Source: Rhynchobatus australiae
Lineage: Eukaryota
NCBI GenBank assembly: GCA_034780895.1
Contig: JAUZTB010000069.1
Span: forward strand, 17,699,882 to 17,763,881
Length of the DNA: 64,000 bases
Direction of reading: 5' to 3'
Shown: in pieces, positions 24,370 to 35,190 of the stretch
How positions within the stretch are numbered: the first letter of the stretch is position 1
Layout of the letters: each line of letters starts with the position of its first letter
The notes under the pieces: model-generated
Told to the model about the DNA's origin: nothing
The model's input: the letters and a program-made list of their open reading frames with translations, nothing else
The model's database searches: none
Made by a program: the position numbers and the translations under genes

Positions 24370-26775
24370 TGAAACAAAAACAGTAGATGCTGGTATTCAG
24401 CAGGTCAGGCTGCATCTGTGGAGGGAGGAACAAAATTAACACTTAAGATCAACAACCTTTTCTTTGTAACTGGAAAAGTGAAGAACTAAATGTATTTTAA
24501 GTTGATGGGAGGGAGAAAATGTGATAGGGTGAAGACAAAAACTGTCTGGATAACATATGTTGAGATAAATGATTGTAATTATATCTGGTCTGCCTGGGAT
24601 GTAAATAGAGGGAGAAGAGTAAGTGCAATGCTGGAACAGTGAATTGCAGAACATAGCTGTCATTGGAAATCTACAATATATTTTAATGCTGGAGGTACTC
24701 AGCAAGTCAAGTAGCATCTATGGAAAAAGGAAAAATCCTCATTCAGAACTGATTACTTCTGATATAAGTAGGAAAGGCTGTTGTCTTCCAGACAGTCACT
24801 AACCTCATTTCTTTGGGAGACCTTCCCTCCATCGCCTCCAGTTTCAATTTCCTAGCCCTGCATCTTTCACTTCTACTTCCCAAAGATCCATAAACAGGCC
24901 CTTGCCTCCTTGAAGACCCATTGTTTCATCCTCTTGTCCCACATAACCAATTTCTCCCTATTTTCACTTTGTTCTTCTCTTGTCTAACCCCTTTCCACTT
25001 GTAGTACCTCTGATGCCATCTGCTACTTTGACAGTTTGCTGGTCCCAGTTGATGTCTTCACCATGGATGTCCAATTCTTCTCCCACACTTCCATCTTGCA
25101 GAAGGATGGCATAAGGGCTCGTCACCTCTTGAATATAGGCTCAGCCAGTTTTCCTGCATCACCACCCTCATTTGCCTGGCTTAACAATCTTGCATTGAAC
25201 AATTTCTTCATCTCTAGTCATTTCCTCCAAGTTTCTCATGCCTGTTCTTATGAGATATGTGCTTGTTTCAGTCTTGATTAGGCCCCCTCCCTCACCTCCA
25301 TTACATTGACTGTACTGGTAGAGTTTGCTGCACTTGGGGAAAACTTGGAAAATTCATTATTTTTGCTGCGCTTGGTTTGGTATGGTTATATATCTGACTT
25401 CTTTCTCACCTTCTGTCTCTGAATTGTCTTGGGTTATAGGTTATTCACCAATATCCACTACAAACTCACAGATTCCTGCATCTGTTGACTTCACCTCTAC
25501 CTACCCTGCTTCTTATAATGGCTTTGTTCCTTTTTCTGAGTTTCTCCAGCTCCATTGTATCTGTTCTATTAATGAGACATGTCATATCTGTAATTCTGAG
25601 ATGTCTTACTTTTTCCTTAACCATGGCTTTTCCTCTAACTTTGTTTACAGAGCTCTCACGCATGTCTTCTGTTTCCTGTGCTTTTCTCACCAGCCAGAGC
25701 AAAACTGGAGTTCCCCTTAACCTTGCCTTCCACCATATTAGTCTCTACGTTCAATGGATCAATTTCCATAATTTCCACCATCTTTANNNNNNNNNNNNNN
25801 NNNNNNNNNNNNNNNNNNNNNNNNNNNNNNNNNNNNNNNNNNNNNNNNNNNNNNNNNNNNNNNNNNNNNNNNNNNNNNNNNNNNNNNNNNNNNNNNNNNN
25901 NNNNNNNNNNNNNNNNNNNNNNNNNNNNNNNNNNNNNNNNNNNNNNNNNNNNNNNNNNNTCCTTATCATCCAGGGACCCAAACTGTTCTTCCAGGTGAAG
26001 CAGCAATTCACTTGTATTACTTAGTGTTTTACATTTGGTGCTCAGTGTGGTTTTGCCTACACTGGTGAAACCAAACTGGGTGATCACTTTGTGGAGCAAC
26101 CTCATTCACTCCATGGAAGTGATCCTGAGCATCTAGTCACTTATGATTTTAGTTCTCCACTCTACTCCCACTTGGAGTTTTGTCTTTGGCCTCCTATGTT
26201 GTTCCAACAAAGTACAATGTAAGCTTAACAAACAGATCTCATCTTTTGTATGGCCATATTGGAGTTTGTGGGACTCGATTTAAAGAATTCAACAACTTCA
26301 GATAACAAACCTTTCCTGTTTGTGTCAGAACTGGTCAATTCTGAGTAAGGTCATCCACTGGTAACATTAACAACTTTTTTTTCTCTCTGATATGCTCGCA
26401 AATCTACTGAAAATGTCCAGGATTCTCTTTTATTTCTGATTTTCAAGCAACTGCTATTTTCCACCTCCCATAGTTCCAGCAATTTTTCCTTTTTTGGCTT
26501 CATTCATCTCCCTCAATTTATAGTTCTCCAGATGGCACTTTCCCTCTTAGATGGCACTGAAAGTATTGTCACCTGGACAACCCTGGTCTCCACCCTATTA
26601 TAGAACTCCCTTTGTGCTCTCCATTGATCCCCTCTGCAAATTAAACATGCTGGTTTTCTCATTTCTCAGGTTAAAATAAAACGTTAACAGTTTCTTTCTC
26701 CACAGAAGCTGTCTGACCTGCTGAATGTTCCAGCATTTTTTATTATGGATTTGGCATCTGCAGTTTTTGCTTTTT
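24370..26775 (+). mobile_element. Decayed Penelope-like retroelement (RT plus GIY-YIG remnants) with inverted terminal repeats
   Basis: IQGPKLFFQVKQQFTC...YTGETK...DHFVEQ at ~25968-26100; RT-like STTNSQ...DFTSTYP...VPFSEFLQLHCICS at ~25450-25570; termini at 24371-24440 and 26683-26772 are reverse complements of the same repeat. Confidence 0.75.
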
Positions 26776-27204
26776 GATTACTGCAGCAGGATGCATTTTG
26801 GAGTGGGGACCATTTAGTAATTAGGCACACTTGTATCTGTTACTGGAATAACAGTCAACTATTCATACACTGGTACAAAGAGTAATCGGATCCAATCCAC
26901 TTGTACTCTTTTTGATGCAAATCATGGGTTTACTGATTTTTATCAAGTTACTTTTGTAAAATGTTTGCCTTAGACTTTGCATAATGAGTTTTGAGTCCCT
27001 CTTTGCTTTGTATCAAAATGCAATGAACTACAAATAACAAGCAACTTTATGTAACGATTTTAGATGGCAAGTATTACCTTTTTAAAAAAAAAACTCTATT
27101 TCACCACCTGAATTCAGCATTAGAGGTAGAACTGGGTTATCACATTTGTCTCTACCTTGGCCTATTTGCCACTGAAATTCTTTAAATGCTTTTGTCATTT
27201 TGGT

Positions 27205-27402
27205 ATTGGTTTATTATTGTCACTTGTACTGAGGTACAGTGAAAAATGTCTTTCATAATGATTGTACAGCTCAATTCGCTACACAGTGCAGTTACCTTGA
27301 GTTAGTACAGAGAGCATTGAGGTAGTACAGGTTAAAAACAATAACAGTACAGAGTAAAGTGTCATAGCTACAGAGAGTGCAGTAAGGTGCAAGGTCACAA
27401 CA
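27205..27402 (-). mobile_element. 3' end of a non-LTR retroposon (Rex1/L2-like tail)
   Basis: Starts GTATTGGTTTATTATTGTCACTTGTACTGAGGTACAGTGAAAA, the reverse complement of a ...GACAATAATAAACCAATAC tail recalled from ray genomes. Confidence 0.5.
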
Positions 27403-27576
27403 AAGTATTACAAATGCCCTCCAGGTCTATTAATTTGGATTGATCTATGAAATTCTTCAAAATATTTTTCTATGATAAAAGTACAGGCAACCCTTGAGTT
27501 AGTCATTGGGGTAATGGAAATTTGCCCTTGCAGAATTCACAAATCATTACCCAAGAATCTGAGATGTAAAGTGTGT

Positions 27577-29237
27577 AAATTGGGAGCAGACTGGGTACCC
27601 GGGGAAATGCACAATGGAAATGTGGAGGTTGTTTAGAGATCACTTTGCATNNNNNNNNNNNNNNNNNNNNNNNNNNNNNNNNNNNNNNNNNNNNNNNNNN
27701 NNNNNNNNNNNNNNNNNNNNNNNNNNNNNNNNNNNNNNNNNNNNNNNNNNGGGAGCAGACTGGGTCCCCGGGGAAATGCACAATGGAAATGTGGAGGTTG
27801 TTTAGAGATCACTTTGCATGGCAAGACCCTTAACAGGTTGATGAACAGAGGGAACTTGGGGTCCAAGTTCATAGCTCCCTGAAAGTGGCTACACAGGGTG
27901 ATAGGGCGGTAAAGGCAGCATATGGCATGCTTGCCTTCATTAGTCAAGGCATTGAGTTCAAGAGTCAGGAAGTATGTTGCAGCTTTATATAAAAAAAAAT
28001 GTAGTTAGGCCACATCTGGGGTATTGCATTCATTTCTGGTCAGCTCATGAAAGGAAGGATGTCAAGGCTTTGGAGAGGGTGCAGAAGAGGTTTACCAAGA
28101 TGCCACCTGTATTAGAGGGTATGTGCTATGAGGAAAGGTTGGACAAACTTGGGTTGTTTTCTCTAGAGCGTTGCAGGCTGAGGGGAGACCTGAGAGCTTT
28201 AAAATATTATGAGAGGCATAGGTAGCCAGTATATTTTCCACAAGGTTGAAATGTCTAATACCAGAGGGCATTCATTTAAAGTGAGTGGGGGAAAGTTCAA
28301 AGGAGATGTATGGGGCAATTTTTTACACAGTAGTGGGTGCCAGTAATGTGCTGCTTGGGGTGGTGGTGGAGAAAAATGTAGTAGGGGTGTTCAAGAAGCT
28401 CTTAAATAGGCACATGAATGAGAGGGAAATGGTAGGATATGGACATTGTATTGGCAGAAGGGATTTTATTATCAATGTAATTGTTTCGGCACAGTATTGT
28501 GGATCAAAGGGCCTGTTCCTGTGCTGTACTCTTCTATGTTCAATGTAGTAATGTAGACAGCCAACTGGAGGAGAGGCCATACTGGATCTGGTACTAGGCA
28601 ATGATCCTGGTCAGGTGACAGAGCTCTCAGTGGGCGAACGTTTTGGAAATAGTGACCACAACTCTCTGACCTTCAACATAGCCATAGAAAAAGATAAGAG
28701 CAGATGATATGGGAACGTGTTTCATTGGGGGAGGGCAAATTACAATGGTATTAGGCAGGAACTTGGGAGCATAAATTGTGAACAGATGTTCTCAGGGAAA
28801 TGCACAGTAAAAATGTGGATGTTGTGTAGGGACCACTTGCATGGGGTTCTGCATAGGTTTGTCCCTCTAAGATGGGGAAAGGATGGTAGGGTGAAGGAAC
28901 CATGGTTGACGAGAGGAGGAACATTTCTTCAAGAGGAGGAAGGAAGCATACTTAAGGGCATGGCTTTAAAGTAATGGGTGGGAAGTTCGAGATATCAGAG
29001 GGATGTTTTTTTACCCAGAGAATGGTAGGTGCATGGAATGTGCTGCCTGGGGTAGTGGTGGAGGCAGGTACGTTTGTCAAGTTCAAGAGGTTGTTAGATA
29101 AGCATATTGGAGGAATTTAAAATAGGGGGATAAATGGGAGGAAAGGGTTAGATAGTCTTAGGCGTGGTTTAAAGGTCGGCACAACGTGGTGGGCCGAAGG
29201 GCCTGTATTGTGCTGTATTGTTCTGTGTTTCTATGAT
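27577..29237 (+). mobile_element. Tandem composite of CR1 LINE fragments
   Basis: ORF2 C-terminus VRPHLGYCIHFWS...LERVQKRFTKM...YEERLDKLGLFSLE (27974-28225); endonuclease-region PTGGEAILDLVLGNDPGQV (~28560-28620); two 3' UTR ends (GGGCCTGT...TGTGCTGTA) at ~28545 and ~29237. Confidence 0.85.
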
Positions 29238-29639
29238 AAAATAAAATTTTTCTCTCATGGAGGGGGGGAAGTAAGTAAATGCAAATTTGATTTTTTTCAA
29301 CTTGTATTTTTTTTGACACAGATGATGTGGTATCGTGTTGTGGAAAATCATGATGTGCACTGTTTTCTAGGAACAGAAACCTCCTGTTTTGTGGATGCCA
29401 CCTGTATAACATTAATGTGAATTTCTACTGCTAATTTCCCCCAATTAGAATATTTGAAGAAAATGACATCATAACACAGTGTATTTGTAGAAACCTTGTA
29501 TTTATTCTTTACACTTTTAAAACCACAAAAAGAGGACATTCAGCCCATTGATTCTGAGGGGAGCTATCCTGTTAGTTCCACTCCCTCTCTTTCATTGAAC
29601 CCCTAGAATTTAATCTCTTTGCATATGCCCGTTAATTCG

Positions 29640-29850
29640 TCTTTGATTTTTTTTTAACCATTAACCTACACTAAAGTGTAATTTAGTTGTCAATGAACCT
29701 ACCAGCACATCTTTGGGATGTGGGAGGAAACTGCTTCACCTGGAGGAAACCACATACTCGCAGAAATATGGAAATTCCACACAGACAGCACCTGAGGTCA
29801 GGATTGGACCTGGGTCCCTGGAACTGTGACACAGGACTGCTGTGCTATCA
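29640..29850 (-). mobile_element. V-SINE (HE1-like)
   Basis: CTTTGGGATGTGGGAGGAAACTGCTTCACCTGGAGGAAACC is the reverse complement of the V-domain core. Confidence 0.65.
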
Positions 29851-31148
29851 TTTGGTGATTAGCACGTCAATTTTCAGTGCCATCACCTGTGAATCAAAGG
29901 TCATAGTTTCTGGACAAGTAGAAATCCAGGCTGGTGTACAGTATCAGAATCTTTTTTTTAGATGAGTCATTGGGCCCAATTGTCCAAATTGCTGATATCA
30001 ACCATTGTTTCCATTCAGATGATGGCCTTATCGGCAAAATGGCTTGCCAGGAAATGAGCCAGCCATATTTTGACCCCCTTATTGTTGGTGAAAGCAGTTC
30101 CATCCTAGGAGCTAGAATTTCCCAACCTCTTATTTGAGCAGGTGACCACTGCACTTAAGCAATCCACCAAGATTTTTCAGTGCATCTGGACCATTGATTG
30201 ATGGGAGGCCTCTGGCTGAGACCTGGAAAGAACCTTGTTTCTGATTCAGAATGGGACTCTGGGGGGGTAGGAGGTGGGTTTGTTGTTGATCAGTTGAATT
30301 TTGTCAACACTATGTATGTATATAATTATTTGACCCAAATACCAGCAAACAAAGGACAAAGAGTTGACCAAGGACGAACTGGGCTGAATATTGTTTGAAA
30401 TTCAGTAAATTCCCAAATGATTGACATAGAACAGAAAGTAAACTGCTGGAACAACTCTGGGTTGAGCAGCATCTGAGAGGCAAAGGGATGGTTGACGTTT
30501 TAGGTCAAGACTCTGCATCAGGACTGAGTGTAGAGGGAAGATATGGAAATCTAGTTGTGTTTCTCATCCATTTTTATGGGGCTGGTATGAAGTCATTCCT
30601 CACCCCAAGGAAGGACATAGTTGAGAAACATAACTAAGGATTCCTTTGTCAATCGTCAGTGGAAGAAAGGACGCTGCATCATTTGCATCTTGGGGCTGGT
30701 CACAAATCCATCCTGTGATCTGATAATTACCTAGTGGTATGGAATTTGCCATGGAATCAGCTTGCAGAATTAATTTTGAAAGGTTGAATGGAAGACAGAT
30801 ACTGGATCAGAGGATCTTGCTCAGTAAAATGAGATTGCATCTGTCCTCAAGTGGATGTAAATGATCTTATACCATTGTAGTAAAAAAAACCAGGGGAGTT
30901 CTCCCTGTGTCTTAGCTGGCACTTATCCATCAGTATTATCACTTCAAATAAATAATTGACTGTTTATTAATAAGCTGACTGTTTTCAGCACTTGGAATGT
31001 CTTGAAGATGTGAAAAGTAGAAGTTCTGATGAATTCATTGGCCTGAAGCATTGTCTCTGTTTGCAGGCTTTGAGTGGCCTGCTAAGTATTTTGTGTGCTA
31101 TATTTGTGCAAATTTAATTTCACTAATTGGGAGAGTCTTTATCCACAG

Positions 31149-31283
31149 GTTGTGTCCATGAACTTCTTTGACATTGTGTTGGATTTTATTTTGATGGATG
31201 CCTTTGAAGACCTGGAAAACCCACCTTCATCTGTGGTTGCTGTTTTACGGAACCGCTGGCTTTCAGATAGTTTTAAGGAGACG
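31149..31283 (+). CDS. MIGA2: Mitoguardin 2, coding exon 12 (VVSMNFFDIVLDFILMDAFEDLENPPSSVVAVLRNRWLSDSFKET)
   Basis: CCACAG acceptor, ACG|GTAATG donor; 135 nt; near-identical to recalled human MIGA2. Confidence 0.98.
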
Positions 31284-31909
31284 GTAATGTATCCAGTCTG
31301 TATTGGTGACCATAGCAAGGGTGATTCATAAACTGTATGCTATGTACAAATGATTTAAAACCATTTGTATTGTTCTGTTAGTGTTGTTAAAGAAGCTTGA
31401 GTCATCTTCAACATTGGTCTCCATTACCAAGTTTAATTTTCAGGTGAAGTGGGTTTGAAGATGGGGGATGATTGAGTCAGAGTGCACGGACATAATTTCT
31501 TACTTTTTTGAAGTAAGAGGGTCCTTATTTCTATGTTCACANNNNNNNNNNNNNNNNNNNNNNNNNNNNNNNNNNNNNNNNNNNNNNNNNNNNNNNNNNN
31601 NNNNNNNNNNNNNNNNNNNNNNNNNNNNNNNNNNNNNNNNNTCCTTATTTATATGTTCACACTTAGAAGGAAACTGATTACTTAAATATGTCACTGTTAT
31701 TGCACCTACATTTCTTCCAACTCTACACTCACCTTGGTCTGTGGGAATGCTGTAATGCTTGCATTGACTTCAGAGAAGTTGATATTGGAAGTTTCTATGA
31801 TGTATTAAGATTATTTTCAAGACTATATTTTCAATAATAAGATTATCTTGGTTTTGTGTATTTTTCTTTTAAAGTTCCATTTGATTTGACTTTTGTTTTC
31901 TCCCTGCAG

Positions 31910-31963
31910 GCTCTTGCCACAGCTTGTTGGTCAGTGTTGAAAGCAAAAAGGCGATTATTGCAG
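31910..31963 (+). CDS. MIGA2: Mitoguardin 2, coding exon 13 (ALATACWSVLKAKRRLLQ)
   Basis: CCCTGCAG acceptor, CAG|GTTGGT donor; 54 nt. Confidence 0.97.
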
Positions 31964-32120
31964 GTTGGTAAACAAGAGTGAGGATGGTGGATGAAACGAT
32001 GAGTATGAAGACTAATGCTGGCATTTCAGTTGGAAGGGAATGAAATTTGGTCAATGATTTAAAATGGGCAATATTCTTGTTTTAATATGCAGTGGTTACT
32101 TTTCTTTCCTGTGACCATAG

Positions 32121-32237
32121 GTCCCTGATGGCTTCATTTCCCACTTTTATTCCATTTCTGAACACGTCAGTCCTGTACTAGCCTGGGGTTTTCTAGGACC
32201 GAAGCAGCACCTTTGTGAAGTTTGCACTATCTTTAAG
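32121..32237 (+). CDS. MIGA2: Mitoguardin 2, coding exon 14 (VPDGFISHFYSISEHVSPVLAWGFLGPKQHLCEVCTIFK); terminal coding exon not visible
   Basis: CATAG acceptor, AAG|GTGAGG donor; 117 nt. Confidence 0.97.
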
Positions 32238-34481
32238 GTGAGGTTTCCTTTTAAAATCCTTTCCTTCATTGTATTGTGGGTGAGTGTGAAAGGGAATTCA
32301 CTTCCAGGACTCCCGAAATATTGATCGTAAAGATTCTGTTTCTTTCTAAGTTGTTCTGGGGATAAAGGTGTCACTGACAAGGACAGCATTCATTGTTCAT
32401 CCCAGTTGCCCTTGAGAATGTAGTAATGAGCTGTTATTTTGAACAACTGGAGGTTTGTTTTGTGAAGATACCCGCTTTTAGGTAAAGAGTTTCAAGATTT
32501 TCACCCAGTAGTGATAAAGAAACACCTGATGCATGTTCAAGTTGGGAAGGTGTTTTCATTCATCTGCTGCCTTGTTTTCATTAGTTGGAAATATGGAAGG
32601 TGTTCGATATTATGAATTTTTATTTAGAACAGTGTAGACAAGTTCCTGAGCCTTGACGGTGTAGAGGAGCTGAACTAACAGGGAAACGCTTCTGTATCAG
32701 TGACAACATTTTTTGATAATACTTGGCTCAGCACCTATGAATTATTGGATAGTGTAGAGAGTAAATGCATCATATTACATGGTACCAAGAGCTTTTAGAA
32801 TCGTATGTCACAGAAGAAACTGTTTGACTGATCTTGCTTTTCTTAGTTCTGAAGAAATTGCCAATGAATCACATCCCCCATTTTATTTACCAAATGTCTG
32901 CATTTTTTTTAAAAATAGAAATCCAGTTCTCTTTCGAAATTTAATATTTCAAAATATTTGACAGGAAAAGAAATACAAACTTTTAATAACATTAATTCTC
33001 TTGTCACGACGTGTTGGTATGGTAAAATGATTTACGTTTCTCTGTATATATTAATCTGTTGCTATGACATACAGGCACACGAGAACAAATAACAACAGCA
33101 ATAGTTCCTGGAGATGCATATGTTCCCGGTCTGAGGGCACGTCAGTCCACTGTACCTCAGATATATAGGCTAATGCATATACAGGGTGATCTGTCACTTT
33201 GCAGCACAAGGAAATTCAAAGAAGAGGCAGCAAGCTCCATCTGCTGTTTCTGGCACATGTGTGTGTGGCTCTATTGAAGGAGACTCTAAAACATTTTAAC
33301 ACTCAGGAGCCAATATTTCCACAGATCTCTTTAACTTTCTAACGATCAAGAATGAAGGTGATCAGTCAAACATTGGAGCAAAAAGGTGCACGTTATAAAG
33401 GATGAGATTACGGGAGGTGAGCGTCATTTTGTGCATATGTTCAATCTNNNNNNNNNNNNNNNNNNNNNNNNNNNNNNNNNNNNNNNNNNNNNNNNNNNNN
33501 NNNNNNNNNNNNNNNNNNNNNNNNNNNNNNNNNNNNNNNNNNNNNNNNNNNNNNNNNNNNNNNNNNNNNNNNNNNNNNNNNNNNNNNNNNNNNNNNNNNN
33601 NNNNNNNNNNNNNNNNNNNNNNNNNNNNNNNNNNNNNNNNNNNNNNNNNNNNNNNNNNNNNNNNNNNNNNNNNNNNNNNNNNNNNNNNNNNNNNNNNNNN
33701 NNNNNNNNNNNNNNNNNNNNNNNNNNNNNNNNNNNNNNNNNNNNNNNNNNNNNNNNNNNNNNNNNNNNNNNNNNNNNNNNNNNNNNNNNNNNNNNNNNNN
33801 NNNNNNNNNNNNNNNNNNNNNNNNNNNNNNNNNNNNNNNNNNNNNNNNNNNNNNNNNNNNNNNNNNNNNNNNNNNNNTGTGATCACTGGATATCAGGATA
33901 GTAAAGAGTGCACTACGATTGGCCTTTTGTACTCCTGGACTAAAGAGGAAGAAACTTTATCCAGTGTTCCTTGTCCACCCATTTTCCTCTCACTACTACT
34001 GATATAGTGCAGAGGAGTCCATTCTTGACAAAACTATCATTGTTGCACAAAAAAAACCACTGTCCATGAAATTTAAAGCACTTTTAAATAAAATATTCAC
34101 CTGAATGAAAATGAAAAATGAGGAAAATATGAAAGAGAATATAGCACCGGAATCTGCAGATTAGTGACATGTTTTAAAGGAAATTTGATTCTTTTTGCTG
34201 ATGAATTGTAAAAATAATACCATACTTGATATTGCTACTTGATTTGTGCCAACCAAATGTTCTGTGGGGGTCCATTGTCCTAAATGATGTCACTGAGGAA
34301 GGACCAACGGATTGTAGGCTTTGCTTGTTTTGTATTTTAACAGGATAAGAGTTTTAAAATGGGAAATGAATGTTCCACAATATATGCAGCCTGTATTTGA
34401 TGCTGTATTCCAGGGTAAATAGCCTTTCCATAATTTTTTTTTAAAGATGCCTCTCCAGTGCATAACCAGGTATTTGGTAGT

Positions 34482-35190
34482 TTTTCCAAAAGGCAAAAAG
34501 GGGTTCTAAGGAGCAATACTACTTGTGGCAAATAGAATTGTTCTAAATCAATCTGACACAGTATCTCAAAATAAAAACCTTGTTTGGTTGGCATCATTTG
34601 TTGATCATATAATATTGATATTAGGTATCAATATAGTAGGTTTCTTCACTTGGAGGGAATGGATGTAATCCAATCATTCAAACCTTGATAATCAAGAAAT
34701 ACTAGCACACCATCTAGGAGTCGGTGTGTGGAATGGTAGAAGATGAATGTAGATGCCTTTTTATTTCTCCCTCTCTGGTAGCTAAATATACATTAAAAAG
34801 ACTGAAAAAAGTTCAAGTGTCAGGAGCTGAATTCAAACTTAGTTGAGATAGCTGTAAACTTGTTTTTCTATTTACCACCACCTTTCTCCCTATCCAGTTC
34901 ATCCTCTACCCTCCATTACATTGAAGTGCAGAATTGCTAGTGGGTGGGGGGAGGGAGGCAAGAAAGGGAATCTTGAATGTGCTTCAGGATTGTTTAAACT
35001 TCTGGCTTGAGTAATTATATTACATACATCCCTACCAAATAAAGGGCTGTAGTATATTGATGTCTGATATCTATAATCTTATGATCAATAGGTGATGCCA
35101 ACCAATAGTGTTTTTTAAATTTCAGTTACAGTGTGAGTGAAAATGGAACAATTCAATTTGCCTTAGAACCCCTTTCTGGCTTTTGGATAA
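34482..35190. repeat. Long imperfect inverted repeat (arms ~34482-34684 and ~35004-35190)
   Basis: 34584-34609 TTGGTTGGCATCATTTGTTGATCATA pairs with 35080-35105 TATGATCAATAGGTGATGCCAACCAA; AAAGGGGTTCTAAGG pairs with CCTTAGAACCCCTTT. Confidence 0.85.

Noticed and set aside
32581-32680. EGVRY or NSVDKFLSLDGVEELN* as a possible last MIGA2 exon
   Set aside because: No sustained similarity to the conserved C-terminal sequence; early stops.
33362-34007. Long ORF-track entries (also 25485-26024, 47404-48201)
   Set aside because: Length is inflated by N runs, or the ORF is an off-frame or antisense reading of decayed retroelements.
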